A DNA stretch of 64,000 bases from an uncultured Syntrophaceae bacterium (GCA_964396205.1 CAYNEJ010000002.1:2631-66630); one strand, 5' to 3'. Shown: positions 1-9,657, counted from the stretch's first letter. Translations and numbers: made by a program. Notes: generated by a model not told the origin, from the letters alone.

Positions 1-413
1 CCGCCGATCAGGGCGCCCAGAACCGCTCCGGCAATGGCCATGCGGATGGTCTCGAATCCGGGCGGGGGCAGCGGAACCACCTGGATCCGCTGTTCAATGG
101 GAATGGACGAGCGTCCCGGGTCGAACCCGGTCTGCTTCACTGCCCAGTTGTAGCACTCAAAGTGATCGCGGGACTGCTGCTCTTCCGTCTGGCCCTCCTT
201 CGGGTAGAAATAGATCTGGGTGAGGGGAGCCTGCTGACTCGCAGCCCTGTTTTCCGGCCCGGCCTGTGAGACCTCGCGATAGGGTGCCTGGTGATAGCAG
301 GCGGAGAGCGCGAAGACGGCCAGAAGCACCAGCAGCCCGAGACCGGTCCCGGAGAAGCGCCGCTTCGATTCCCGCCCGACAGACGATGATGAAAAAACCG
401 GCGTCATTTTCAT
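1..413 (-). CDS. lipoprotein, partial (runs off left edge), glycine-zipper-like tail
   Basis: Absent from the ORF track because it is open at the edge. The reverse frame from ATG 413 reads MKMTPVFSSSSVGRESKRRFSGTGLGLLVLLAVFALSACYHQ... with lipobox LSAC, no stop down to nt 1, and tail AIAGAVLGALIGG. Confidence 0.6.
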   Translation of the reverse strand, partial: MKMTPVFSSSSVGRESKRRFSGTGLGLLVLLAVFALSACYHQAPYREVSQAGPENRAASQQAPLTQIYFYPKEGQTEEQQSRDHFECYNWAVKQTGFDPGRSSIPIEQRIQVVPLPPPGFETIRMAIAGAVLGALIG

Positions 414-843
414 TTTCCTCCATCTCATGTTGCCGCCGTCATCGACATGACTCGACGGCGGATCCCGTCTCTGTGGGACGCTTCCTTTCATAAAGTCTGG
501 ACCTGTTTTATGAAAAAAGCAATCCGTATGCCGGAGCACGTTGCTGCATGACAAGATCATGATAACAATGAGTATTTTGCATATCGAGGACAGGCGGGGA
601 ACCGGACCGGGAGTGATGATCCGGGTAAAAAATACACAATCTGCATGCCGCACCCGTGCATAAAGTATACACCTGTGGAGGAGGAACCTCCCTTCCCGAA
701 AAAGATGATTGAGCGGCCTTCCATATTGACATATGATGCCCGCCACGGCGGGGAAACGCCGTCCTGGTCGGCGGCGTTTCCGGCACAGAACCGGCGGCAG
801 GGCCCGGAGTCGGGACTGCCGTGTTTCCCAGGAAGGAGGATGT

Positions 844-1650
844 ATGTCTTTTGACGATATTTTCAAGGTGGAGATGGACGGCCACATCGCCTGGCTGGTG
901 CTGAATCGTCCGGAGAAGAGAAACGCCATGGGGTTCGCCTTTTACCTCGGTCTGAAAGAGCTTTTCACCCGCTTCGATCAGGATCCGAACGTGCGGGTCG
1001 TCGTGATCCGTGCCGAGGGCAAGAGTTTCACCGCTGGGACCGATCTGGCGGAGCTGGGGGGTGCCTGTGCGGATTCCAGCACCGCCACGCGGGAAAAGTT
1101 CCGCGGGATGATTCTCGAGGCGCAGGAAGGCATCAACGCCGTCGAGCTGTGCCGGAAGCCGGTCATCGCCGCCATCCACGGACACTGCATCGGCGGCGGA
1201 GTCGATTTCGTCTGTGCCGCCGATGTTCGCTACGGGACCCGGGACGCCCTGTTCAGCATCCGGGAGACCCGCGTCGCCTTCATCGCCGATGTGGGGACGC
1301 TGCAGCGCATGCCACACATCATCGGACACGGCTGGTTCCGCGAGCTGGCCCTGTCGGGGCGCGACTTCGGCGCCGAGGAGGCCCTGAAGATGGGGTTCCT
1401 GACGCGGGTCTGCGAAGACAAGGACGCCCTGTACCGGGAAGCGGGGAAACTGGCCGCCGAGATTGCCGGTTGCGCCCCCCTGGCCGTGCAGGGCACCAAG
1501 GACGTGATCCTCTACAGCCGCGATCACGGGATCTATCCGGGACTCCGTTACGTGGCCCAGAAAAACGCCGCCGTCGTGCCGTCGGACGACCTCTTCGAGG
1601 CGGTCACCGCCTTCTTCGAAAAGCGGCCCCCGAACTTCAAGGGACGCTGA
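844..1650 (+). CDS. enoyl-CoA hydratase/isomerase (crotonase) family protein
   Basis: Internal ATG of ORF 733..1650 preceded by GGAAGGAGGA. Sequence MSFDDIFKVEMDGHIAWLVLNRPEKRNAM...FTAGTDL...AAIHGHCIGGGVD shows typical crotonase-fold motifs. Confidence 0.9.
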   Translation: MSFDDIFKVEMDGHIAWLVLNRPEKRNAMGFAFYLGLKELFTRFDQDPNVRVVVIRAEGKSFTAGTDLAELGGACADSSTATREKFRGMILEAQEGINAVELCRKPVIAAIHGHCIGGGVDFVCAADVRYGTRDALFSIRETRVAFIADVGTLQRMPHIIGHGWFRELALSGRDFGAEEALKMGFLTRVCEDKDALYREAGKLAAEIAGCAPLAVQGTKDVILYSRDHGIYPGLRYVAQKNAAVVPSDDLFEAVTAFFEKRPPNFKGR

Positions 1651-1759
1651 AGACGGAAAGAGGTTCATGCCCGGCAGCCCCGGCCTTTCATCACACGTGG
1701 CCACAAAGAAGGACCGGCGGACCGGCATTCGCCGTTTTCGGCCGAAACAGGGAGGGAGT

Positions 1760-2500
1760 ATGGGAAGAATCTCCATTTTTTGCGCGGGGGTGCTGCTGTC
1801 GATGGCCATGGTCGCGGGGGCAGCGGAAAAGCCATTTGAAACCGATGTGTTTCCCACTGCGGACGGCAACCTGACCATCACGTTCATCGGCCATGGAACC
1901 CTGATGATGTCCATCGGCGGCAAGGTGATTCACGTGGACCCGGTTGGCCAGTATGCCGATTATGCAAAGCTGCCCAAGGCGGACCTGATCCTGATCACCC
2001 ATGAGCACTCCGATCACCTGGATCTCCGGGCTGTTGAGCGCATCAGGACCGCCGCGACGGCCGTCGTGGCCAACGGGACGGCCGGCCGGCAGCTCAAGGG
2101 AAGCATCGTCATGAAAAACGGCGACACCCGGGAGGCAGCGGGATTCCGGATCGAGGCGGTTCCGGCCTACAACATCGTTCACATGCGCAGCTTCGGCGTG
2201 CCTTATCACCCGAAGGGTGTCGGGAACGGGTATGTCGTCACCTGCGGCGGCAAGCGGATCTATATCGCCGGTGATACGGAAAATACCCCCGAGATGAAGC
2301 AGCTCAAGGGCATCGACATCGCCTTCCTGCCGATGAATCTCCCCTACACGATGACGCCGGAAATGGTGGCGGATGCCGCGAAGGCCTTCCGGCCGCGCAT
2401 CCTCTATCCATACCATTTCGGCAGTGCGAAAACGTCCAGACTGGTGGAGCTGCTTCAAAGCGAAAAGGACATTGAGGTGCGGATCCGGAAGATGAGCTGA
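1760..2500 (+). CDS. secreted MBL-fold metallo-hydrolase
   Basis: ATG 1760 after GGGAGGGAG. Signal peptide MGRISIFCAGVLLSMAMVAGAAE and HEHSDHLD metal motif. Confidence 0.85.
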   Translation: MGRISIFCAGVLLSMAMVAGAAEKPFETDVFPTADGNLTITFIGHGTLMMSIGGKVIHVDPVGQYADYAKLPKADLILITHEHSDHLDLRAVERIRTAATAVVANGTAGRQLKGSIVMKNGDTREAAGFRIEAVPAYNIVHMRSFGVPYHPKGVGNGYVVTCGGKRIYIAGDTENTPEMKQLKGIDIAFLPMNLPYTMTPEMVADAAKAFRPRILYPYHFGSAKTSRLVELLQSEKDIEVRIRKMS

Positions 2501-2588
2501 AGCGTTGACGCAGGAAAGGGGCCTCCGGGCAGCGATGTCGGGGCGGATGCGGACCGGAGGCGTCCGGAATTTCGGAAAGGGGCGTGAC

Positions 2589-3128
2589 ATGACAAAGCGC
2601 TTATCGGTGGTTGTGGCGGGGATGCTGATTCTGGCCGTCCTGTCTGCCTGCTCCCGGGAGGAGGCCAAGGTTGCGCCGCCCGTCGCGCGCGAGAGTTCCT
2701 TCGATGCCGGCGTGCTGACGGTCAAGGAGGCGGACCTGAGGAAGGTGCGGGGCCAGGTTCTTTACGTTCCGATTTACTCGAACCTCCCCCGGGGCGAAAG
2801 GAAGATGTTCGACGTGAGCGCCTTCATCGCCATTCACAACACGGACCTGGATCACCGGATCCGGATCCTGAAAGTGCTCTATTTCGACAACGACGGCCGG
2901 CTCGTGAAGGACTTCACACCCACGAACCTCTCTCTCGCGCCTCTGGGAGCGACCAACTTCTTCATTCCCCAGAGCGACAAGAGCGGAACCGGGGCGAACT
3001 TCCTCGTGGAATGGGTGTCGGAAACGCCGGTTCGCGAGCCCCTGATCGAGTCTGTGATGATCAACCTGGAGACACACCTTTCCTTTGCATTCCAGAGCCG
3101 GGGGCACGTCATCCGGGAGCGGCAATAG
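2589..3128 (+). CDS. DUF3124-like lipoprotein
   Basis: MTKRLSVVVAGMLILAVLSAC lipobox. Also VLYVPIYSN...IAIHNTD...GANFLVEW...LIESVMI, a pattern I recognise as DUF3124. Confidence 0.75.
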   Translation: MTKRLSVVVAGMLILAVLSACSREEAKVAPPVARESSFDAGVLTVKEADLRKVRGQVLYVPIYSNLPRGERKMFDVSAFIAIHNTDLDHRIRILKVLYFDNDGRLVKDFTPTNLSLAPLGATNFFIPQSDKSGTGANFLVEWVSETPVREPLIESVMINLETHLSFAFQSRGHVIRERQ

Positions 3129-3139
3129 GCAACGCCTGT

Positions 3140-3163
3140 TTCCCTGATCCCGGGATCAGGGAA
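3140..3163. repeat. perfect 24-nt palindrome (12+12) in intergenic gap
   Basis: TTCCCTGATCCC/GGGATCAGGGAA read directly. Lies between the stop at 3128 and the start at 3219, with no U-tract after it. Confidence 0.8.
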
Positions 3164-3218
3164 GCGGAGCGGGCGGCCCGGGCATCGCAGTATCACATTT
3201 CATGACAAGGAGGTTGGC

Positions 3219-4004
3219 ATGGCAGACCAGAACATCAACGTGGCGGAGATTCCCCAGACGGCCCTCAAGGTCATCATGTCTCCCGCGGCTTTTTTCCGGG
3301 AGATGCCCAAGACAGGGGGGTACGTGGAGCCCCTGATTTTCATGGTGGCCATGGGCGTCATCAGCGGCCTTCTGCAGGCTGTTTTCAGTTTCCTGGGGCT
3401 GCAGTTCAAGGCGAGCATCGGCATGGCGCTCAGCTCCATCGTGATTTTCCCCATGGTGATCGCCGTCATGGGGTTCGTCGTTGCGGCCGTCATGTTCGCG
3501 ATCTGGAAACTCATGGGATCCGAAGAGTCCTACGAAACGTCCTACCGGTGCGTGGCGTACGTCTCCGCCCTGTCTCCCGTCATGACGATCCTGAATCTGA
3601 TCCCCTATGCGGGGTCCGTCGTCGCCCTGCTGATAGCCTGCTATTACTACGTGATGGCCAGCGTGGAGACCCACGGGATTCCGTCACGCAAGGCATGGAT
3701 GGTGTTCGGCGTCATCGCCGCCGTCCTGGCCGTGATGAGCCTCTCCGGGCAGTATGCCGCGAAGAAGGCGATCCGCGAGGGAGAGCGGATGCAGCAGGAA
3801 GCGGAGCTCATGAAGCAGAAGTACCTGGAACAGGCGGAAAAAATGCAGAAGCAGATGGAGGAGGCGGCCAAGGCGGCGCAGCAGTCCACCCGCGAACAGC
3901 AGGGAGGCCAGCCGGCAATGACGCCGGAACAGGCCAGGGAAATGGAGAAGGCCATGGAGGAGATGCGCAAGGCCATGGAAAAACAGAGGCAGGACTCCCG
4001 GTAG
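3219..4004 (+). CDS. Yip1-family membrane protein with C-terminal charged coiled-coil tail
   Basis: Several hydrophobic helices follow FFREMPKTGGYVEPLIF. The tail is rich in Q/E/K/M (EKMQKQMEEAAKAAQQ). Confidence 0.75.
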   Translation: MADQNINVAEIPQTALKVIMSPAAFFREMPKTGGYVEPLIFMVAMGVISGLLQAVFSFLGLQFKASIGMALSSIVIFPMVIAVMGFVVAAVMFAIWKLMGSEESYETSYRCVAYVSALSPVMTILNLIPYAGSVVALLIACYYYVMASVETHGIPSRKAWMVFGVIAAVLAVMSLSGQYAAKKAIREGERMQQEAELMKQKYLEQAEKMQKQMEEAAKAAQQSTREQQGGQPAMTPEQAREMEKAMEEMRKAMEKQRQDSR

Positions 4005-4085
4005 AACAGCGAAGAGGAGAACCGGCACAACCGAGGCGGGATGGTCTTTTGCCCGTCCCTGTTTCCGGTATCAGGCCTGCAAAAA

Positions 4086-4115
4086 GGGGACAGATTTCCA
4101 ATCTGTCCCCTTTTT
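4086..4115 (+). terminator. rho-independent terminator (bidirectional look)
   Basis: Stem GGGGACAGAT, loop TTCCA, stem ATCTGTCCCC, then TTTTT. An A-run on the 5' side. Confidence 0.8.
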
Positions 4116-4152
4116 GCGTTAGAAGGACATCCGCAACTACTCAAATACACAC

Positions 4153-4181
4153 TTGACATTATAGAATGGATATTCTAATAA
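4153..4181 (+). promoter_or_regulatory. sigma70-like promoter with embedded 6-4-6 inverted repeat (candidate TetR operator)
   Basis: TTGACA (4153-4158), a 17-nt spacer, then TAATAA (4176-4181). TAGAAT-ggat-ATTCTA at 4162-4177 sits in the spacer. The ATG at 4189 is only 7 nt after the -10. Confidence 0.5.
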
Positions 4182-4188
4182 AGCCTCC

Positions 4189-4770
4189 ATGGGACGCAAG
4201 CCGCACTTCACGAACGACCAGTTTGCCGATGCCGCCCTGGAGTTGATCTCCGAGGGGGGGCCGAAGGCGGTGACGATTTCCGCCATCGCGGCGCGGATCG
4301 GGGCCCCCGTCGGATCCGTGTACCATCGCTTCCAGTCCCGGGAGCGCATCCTGGCCGAGGCGTGGCTTCACCTGGCCGAGTCGTTCCAGCAGGGGTTCCT
4401 CGACCTGCTCGAGAAAGATGCGCCCGTGGAGGCGGCCCTCTACACCCCCCGCTGGGTCCGGCGCCATCCGAAGGAGGCGAAGGTGTTGCTCCTGTACCGG
4501 CGGGAGGAGTTGGTAGCGGGCCCGTGGCCTCAGGAAATGCGCAGGCGGGCCGAAATCCTGGAAAGAGAGCTCCGCTCGGCCCTTGCCGACTTTACCCTGC
4601 GTTTCTTCGGCTCACCGGAAAAGGCGTTTATCCGGCGTACCGTTTTCGCCCTCATCGACGTCCCCCTGGCGGCGGTGCGCCGTCCCCTGGAAGAGGGCTG
4701 CCTGCCGACGCCGGCGATTCACACCCTGATCCGGGAAAGCTGCGAATCCATCATGAGGAGGAAACCATGA
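4189..4770 (+). CDS. TetR/AcrR family transcriptional regulator
   Basis: N-terminal HTH region AALELISEGGPKAVTISAIAARIGAPVGSVYHRFQSRE. Confidence 0.9.
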   Translation: MGRKPHFTNDQFADAALELISEGGPKAVTISAIAARIGAPVGSVYHRFQSRERILAEAWLHLAESFQQGFLDLLEKDAPVEAALYTPRWVRRHPKEAKVLLLYRREELVAGPWPQEMRRRAEILERELRSALADFTLRFFGSPEKAFIRRTVFALIDVPLAAVRRPLEEGCLPTPAIHTLIRESCESIMRRKP

Positions 4771-5297
4771 AAGTCCTGAACATCCATGAGCGAAGCATGA
4801 AGGTAAAGCCGACGGATGCGGGAGGCGCCCTTGACGGCCTGTCCGGACAGGAAGATTTCCTTTGGCCTCGCCACCGCTGGCCGGCCATGCAGTTTGACGG
4901 TCCCCTGGCCGTGGGCGCCTCGGGCGGGCATGGCCCGATCCGGTATTCCGTCACGGAATACGTCCCGGGGAGGAGGGTCGAGTTCCGGTTCAGCGGGGAG
5001 GGACTGACGGCGGGCCTGGACGGCCGCCACTTCTTCGAGGTTATTCCCCGCAGCGGCCACGTGGTGCTCCGCCACGTGGTGGATGCCGAGTGCGACTTCA
5101 AAGGCTGGCTGAAATGGCAGCTTCTGGTCGGTCCGCTCCACGATGCCCTGTTGGAAGACGCCCTTGCGGGAGTGGATCGCAGGCTGGCAAACGGTGAGGC
5201 CAGGCTGCCGGGCTGGAGCCCCTGGGTCCGGTTCCTCCGCTGGATGCTCGAGAAGAAAAGGAAGAGGGCGGCGCCCCCTTCCGCTCCGACCCGCTGA
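4767..5297 (+). CDS. SRPBCC (START/polyketide-cyclase-like) family protein
   Basis: ATG 4767 overlaps the TetR stop (ATGA) after AGGAGGAAACC. MKVLNIHERSMKV...RYSVTEYVPGRRVEFRF... Size and pattern fit SRPBCC. Confidence 0.7.
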   Translation: MKVLNIHERSMKVKPTDAGGALDGLSGQEDFLWPRHRWPAMQFDGPLAVGASGGHGPIRYSVTEYVPGRRVEFRFSGEGLTAGLDGRHFFEVIPRSGHVVLRHVVDAECDFKGWLKWQLLVGPLHDALLEDALAGVDRRLANGEARLPGWSPWVRFLRWMLEKKRKRAAPPSAPTR

Positions 5298-5446
5298 CGC
5301 CCTTCCGGAAAGGAGTCAGGCTCCTTTTCCTCCCCGGATGAGGCGGAGCGGCAAAACACCGCATTGACGGCCCTGCCGGCCCGCGCTATGGTGGGCCTGC
5401 GAGCGGGGAATCCTTTCCCGGGAACGCTTTCCCTTCAGGGCCGATC

Positions 5447-5686
5447 ATGCAGAGTGTCGAGGAGCTGATCAGGATGCGCGAAGCCGCCGAGTATGTCTGC
5501 AACGGCCTCATGTGCGGCTGCATCCAGATGTCCTCCGAGGCGAACCGGGCCCACCGGGAGCTGGCGGACCGGTTCTTCTTCGAGCAGGCCGGCTGTGCGG
5601 ACAGGCATGAGTACGAGGAAGCGCGGCTGAACATCTTCCATCTCATCGACCTGATCGATCGGGCCATCGCATCCAGGAAAGAATAA
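5447..5686 (+). CDS. hypothetical small protein
   Basis: 79-aa ORF with ordinary amino-acid composition, unlike the antisense artefacts. No recognisable family and no clear SD. Confidence 0.45.
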   Translation: MQSVEELIRMREAAEYVCNGLMCGCIQMSSEANRAHRELADRFFFEQAGCADRHEYEEARLNIFHLIDLIDRAIASRKE

Positions 5687-5730
5687 CCCCCTGCATTTCC
5701 GATAGTTCCCTTCTCCCCGGCGGCGGAACG

Positions 5731-7314
5731 ATGAAAAAAAGCAATTCGGAACTGGCGGCGCATCTGTCCCGCGGGCCGGCACACAGGCTGGTGCCCGTGC
5801 CGGAGGGGGAGTTCGTCGTTGTCTTCAACCCGCGGGTCGAGTCCTGGCTTGCCCGGCGCTGGACCCGGGAGACGGTCCGCGAGATCCGGTCCGAGCTGGA
5901 ACCCTCCCTGCAAATTCACCTGACGAAGGAGGGCTTCGCCCGGGCCGCCGACCGGAAAACGGACGGAAAGCGCGACGAGCTGCATTACGACACCGTCTGG
6001 ATCCGCGATGCCATGTGGGTTTTCTTCGATCTCCGGGAGCGTCCCGAACGGCGTCCGGATGCCCGGCGGCTCCTCCTGGCGGTCTGGGATTACTATGCCG
6101 CGTCGGCCCAGCTCCGGCGGTTCGACGAGGTCATCGCCCATCCCCGCCTTGCCGTCGACATGATGCGGGTCCCCCGCATCCGCTTCGACATTCATCCCCA
6201 TGGACCCGACGACGTCCTGGACGCGGACGGACGGCCGCAGGTCTGGAACCATCGTCAGAACGACGCCCACGGCCTTTTCCTGATCGCCCTGGCGGAAGGG
6301 GTGCGGGAAGGCATGGTCGGACCCGGGGACCTGGGTGCAGGGCGATGGGAGGCCCTGCTTCGCTTTCCCGCATACTTCAGGCGGATCCGGTTTGCGTCCT
6401 CCGAGGACGCGGGGGCCTGGGAGGAGCTGGAGCGGCGGAACACGTCGAGCATCGGCCTGGTCACGCGGGCCATGGAGCTGTGGCGGGGGCTTCTGTATGC
6501 CGGGGAGGGAAGCGGTGCGAGCGACTCGTTCCACGGCTGCTTCCGCCGGCTTCTCGATGCCTCCGGGTACGCCTGGAAGGAGGCGTGGCGGCTGGAGGCC
6601 CTGGATCGTCTGATTGCGCGGGGGCTCAGAACCGTACGGCGTCAGATCGCGCTGGGCGGAGAATCGCCGGATTACGATCCCTGTGACATCCGGTTCCGGA
6701 GGGCCGATGCCGCGCTGCTTGCCCTGCTGGTCCCGTCGCCGCTGTCGGGTCTGCGGGAGCATGAGATCAGGCAGGTCGTCACCATCGTGGAGACCCTCCG
6801 GGGGCCCGCCGGGATCCTGCGCTACCGGAACGACAGCTACCAGTCCGGCAACTATTGGATCAGGCCGCCGGAGAAGAAAAAAGAGGGGCGACGGAAAGGC
6901 GGGACGGAGGAGACCTCTTCCCGGGAAGCCTACCTCAAGCGCGGTGAAAAACTGATTCCGGGCACCGAGGCCCAGTGGTTCTTCGACAGCATCCTGGCCT
7001 CGGCCCGTCTGCACCTGGCCTCCATGGGCAGGGACGCGAGACGCAGCGGGCATGATCGCTTCCTGGCGATCGTGCACCTGAAGCGGGCTCTCGGGCAATT
7101 GACCGGGTCCTTCGGCGGCGCTCCCATCCTGGCGGCCGACGGCGGGGTCCTGGAGCCGCTGCTTCCCCCGGAAAGCATCAACACCGTGATCATGGAAGGC
7201 CGGTCCCACTGGCTTCCCTCCCCGATTGCTCCGCTCAACTGGGCCCGGGCGGCACTGGGCATGGCCCTGCGCCGCTGCGAGCGGGAGGGGTTTCGGCAGG
7301 GATCCGAAGCATGA
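5731..7314 (+). CDS. glycoside hydrolase family 15-like (glucoamylase/phosphorylase-kinase-like) protein
   Basis: YDTVWIRDAMW, NHRQNDAHGLFL and EDAGAWEELERRNTSSIGL resemble GH15 catalytic-domain motifs. Confidence 0.75.
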   Translation: MKKSNSELAAHLSRGPAHRLVPVPEGEFVVVFNPRVESWLARRWTRETVREIRSELEPSLQIHLTKEGFARAADRKTDGKRDELHYDTVWIRDAMWVFFDLRERPERRPDARRLLLAVWDYYAASAQLRRFDEVIAHPRLAVDMMRVPRIRFDIHPHGPDDVLDADGRPQVWNHRQNDAHGLFLIALAEGVREGMVGPGDLGAGRWEALLRFPAYFRRIRFASSEDAGAWEELERRNTSSIGLVTRAMELWRGLLYAGEGSGASDSFHGCFRRLLDASGYAWKEAWRLEALDRLIARGLRTVRRQIALGGESPDYDPCDIRFRRADAALLALLVPSPLSGLREHEIRQVVTIVETLRGPAGILRYRNDSYQSGNYWIRPPEKKKEGRRKGGTEETSSREAYLKRGEKLIPGTEAQWFFDSILASARLHLASMGRDARRSGHDRFLAIVHLKRALGQLTGSFGGAPILAADGGVLEPLLPPESINTVIMEGRSHWLPSPIAPLNWARAALGMALRRCEREGFRQGSEA

Positions 7315-7373
7315 AAGGGGCAGGCATCCGATTCCCGGGCGGAAATGGCGGCATGTCCCCCTTTGTCTTGCGT

Positions 7374-8216
7374 TCAGTGGTCGGGACTGTCGGGGATCCG
7401 GATGATGTGGAGGCGGCTCTCCAGGCCGATCGCCCGGAATTTGTCGGTGATGATCGCCTCGAGGGTGCGGCTCGTGTCCGTGGCGGGCCGGGGGATCTTG
7501 CACATCAGGACGAGGCGCCCTCCATACCGGTAGAAGCTGGTCCCGACCGTGTCGTGGGCCAGGCGGACCACGGCGGACAGCGACAGATCCCGGTCATCGA
7601 GAACCAGGGCGCGGGTGCGGATCATCGACCGGACATACGGCGGCAGGCCGAAAAAAGCGGCCAGCCGCTCCCCCAGGTAGGGATGATAGGCGTCGATGAA
7701 GTCTTCGTCCAGGACGCCCTCTTCGTCCCCCTCTGTTTTCCGGTAGACGATCATTCCTTTTCTGCCCATCTCCAGGAGCATTCCTCCCAGCTCCGCCTTC
7801 CTCACCGCCTCTTCCCGGAAGCCCATCTGGATGGCCAGGACCTGTGCCATCACCGACGTGGCATAGGATCGCGCAAACAGCAGCTCCAGCTCCTCGTCGC
7901 CGCGACCGTGGTGAAGGATGGCCAGGGTCAGAATCAGGGCCTTCACCTGGTGGAGGCCGAGACGGTTCACGACCTCGAAGAACGTCTTGGCGTCGCCCCG
8001 GCGCAGTGTGCCGAGATAGACCGAGTTGGCGATGCTGAAAAGGGAGAGGGAGATTTCGTCGCCGATTTTTCCCCGCAGGGATTCGATCTCGTTCCGGTCG
8101 GCGTCCGGGTTGTCGAGGATCTGAAAGATCTCCGGCCTGAGGAATCGATCATGAATCGTTCCCGTCAGCGCTTTCTCGATCTTGTCAATCAGGGCGATTG
8201 CGTCGTCGGATACCAT
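7374..8216 (-). CDS. HDOD domain-containing signalling protein
   Basis: LSLFSIANSVYLG...VVNRLGLHQVKALILTLAI pattern. The + strand ORF 7311..8276 opposite it is Arg/Gly-rich and judged an artefact. Confidence 0.75.
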   Translation of the reverse strand: MVSDDAIALIDKIEKALTGTIHDRFLRPEIFQILDNPDADRNEIESLRGKIGDEISLSLFSIANSVYLGTLRRGDAKTFFEVVNRLGLHQVKALILTLAILHHGRGDEELELLFARSYATSVMAQVLAIQMGFREEAVRKAELGGMLLEMGRKGMIVYRKTEGDEEGVLDEDFIDAYHPYLGERLAAFFGLPPYVRSMIRTRALVLDDRDLSLSAVVRLAHDTVGTSFYRYGGRLVLMCKIPRPATDTSRTLEAIITDKFRAIGLESRLHIIRIPDSPDH

Positions 8217-8417
8217 GGAACGTTCCTTTCGCGGGAGACTTTTCAGGCCGGGATGGTCGGGAACGGTCTCTATTGAGTTATTTCGGCAAGTTTAGCACGA
8301 AACTTGACCGGCGGCCAAATCCTTTTGACCCGGCGGCCGGCTTCCAACGGGGAACTGCGCGGCCTGCGCCGCAAAACCGTGATTCCCGCAGGCCTTCGGT
8401 GGAGCGTACAAACGCAT

Positions 8418-8446
8418 TTGACAGATCCATTTCACCGACCTATCTT
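8418..8446 (+). promoter_or_regulatory. sigma70-like promoter
   Basis: TTGACA, 17 nt, TATCTT, lying 30 nt upstream of ATG 8476. Confidence 0.4.
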
Positions 8447-8475
8447 CATCTCTCCAATTCGCGGTTCGGAGCAGA

Positions 8476-9636
8476 ATGCGCAACATGAACAGAAAGCGTG
8501 CCTTATTCATCGCCCTCGTCGTCCTGGCGGGGATGCTCCTTCTCCAGGCGGGCCGGGGAGAGCCCGATGCCTCGGCAACAGGGTCCCGGCAGGTGTCCGA
8601 TCATTTCAACGGCGAAGTCTTTTTCAATCCCGCCGCAGTGGGAGATTCGCCGCCTCTCCAGGGGACGGAGCAGAGACGGGGCTTCTCGCGGTGGGTGTGG
8701 CGCTGGGTGTTCAGCGATGACTGGCCCCGCTGGCCGGAAGCGGCTCCCGTCCCCCCCGGCCCGCCGCCGGCGGCCCGCGTCGACCGGGGAGACGTCGTCG
8801 TGACCCCCGTGGGCCATGCGACGTTCCTCATCCAGATGGACGGGCTCAACATCCTCACCGATCCGATCTGGTCGGAGCGGTGCAGCCCCGTTTCCTGGGC
8901 GGGTCCCCGGCGCTACCAGCCGCCGGGCATCCGGTTCGAAGACCTGCCGCCCATCGATGCGGTCCTGGTATCGCACAATCACTATGATCATCTCGACCTG
9001 CCCACGCTGGAGCGCCTGGCCGGAAAGGGCGTGCCGCGGGCGGTGACGAGCCTCGGCAACCGGGAGCTCATCCGGGAAACGGGCATCCCCGCCGTGGAAG
9101 AGCTCGACTGGTGGCAGTCGGTCCGCCTTTCCGCCGACGTCACCGTGACGCTGGTGCCCGCCCGGCACTTCTCTTCCCGGACGCTCTGGGACCGCAACCG
9201 CACCCTCTGGGGAGGGTTTGTCGTGTCCGGACCGTCGGGCAAGGTCTACTTCGCCGGGGACACGGGGTACGGACCCCATTTCCGCGAAATCGCCCGCCGC
9301 TTCGGCCCCATCCGGATGGCGCTCCTGCCGATCGCGCCGTTCAATCCACAGCGGTCGAAAGAGCCGTCCCGCACCCGCTTCCCAAGCGTGCACATGGGGC
9401 CCGACGAGGCCGTCCAGGCACACCTGGACCTTGGGGCAGCCGTGAGCATGGCCGCCCATTTCCAGGTGTTTCAGCTGGGGTGGGATGGATTCGACGAGGC
9501 CCCGAAGGGGGTCGTTGCGGCGCTGCGGGAACGGAATCTTGCCCCCGTTTCGTTTGTTATTCCTTCGTTCGGGCGGGCCGTTTCCGCTCCCGCCGAGACA
9601 CAAAGCGCAAGAGCGGATTTCCGGGAGGCCTCCTGA
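8476..9636 (+). CDS. MBL-fold metallo-hydrolase (NAPE-PLD-like), secreted
   Basis: Signal-like N-terminus RKRALFIALVVLAGMLLL. Also GHATFLIQMDGLNILTDPIWSERCSP and VSHNHYDHLD. Confidence 0.85.
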   Translation: MRNMNRKRALFIALVVLAGMLLLQAGRGEPDASATGSRQVSDHFNGEVFFNPAAVGDSPPLQGTEQRRGFSRWVWRWVFSDDWPRWPEAAPVPPGPPPAARVDRGDVVVTPVGHATFLIQMDGLNILTDPIWSERCSPVSWAGPRRYQPPGIRFEDLPPIDAVLVSHNHYDHLDLPTLERLAGKGVPRAVTSLGNRELIRETGIPAVEELDWWQSVRLSADVTVTLVPARHFSSRTLWDRNRTLWGGFVVSGPSGKVYFAGDTGYGPHFREIARRFGPIRMALLPIAPFNPQRSKEPSRTRFPSVHMGPDEAVQAHLDLGAAVSMAAHFQVFQLGWDGFDEAPKGVVAALRERNLAPVSFVIPSFGRAVSAPAETQSARADFREAS

Positions 9637-9657
9637 TTCGGCCCGTTGTTCGCCCGC

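Noticed and set aside
157-423. 88-aa minus-strand ORF at the left edge
   Set aside because: A different frame on the same strand gives a convincing lipoprotein (signal peptide plus lipobox) running to the window edge. The 88-aa translation is Arg/Gly/Ala-rich noise.
508-1923. Long antisense ORFs throughout the track (e.g. 508..1923 -, 5386..7503 -, 19519..21096 -, 29458..31575 -, 46436..49453 -, 55868..57268 -, 57223..58680 -)
   Set aside because: They are Arg/Pro/Gly/His-rich with low-complexity translations. Each lies opposite a gene with clear family motifs. This is the typical open-frame artefact of high-GC DNA.
7311-8276. 321-aa plus-strand ORF overlapping the HDOD gene
   Set aside because: It is exactly antisense to a protein with HDOD features, and its own translation has no family resemblance.
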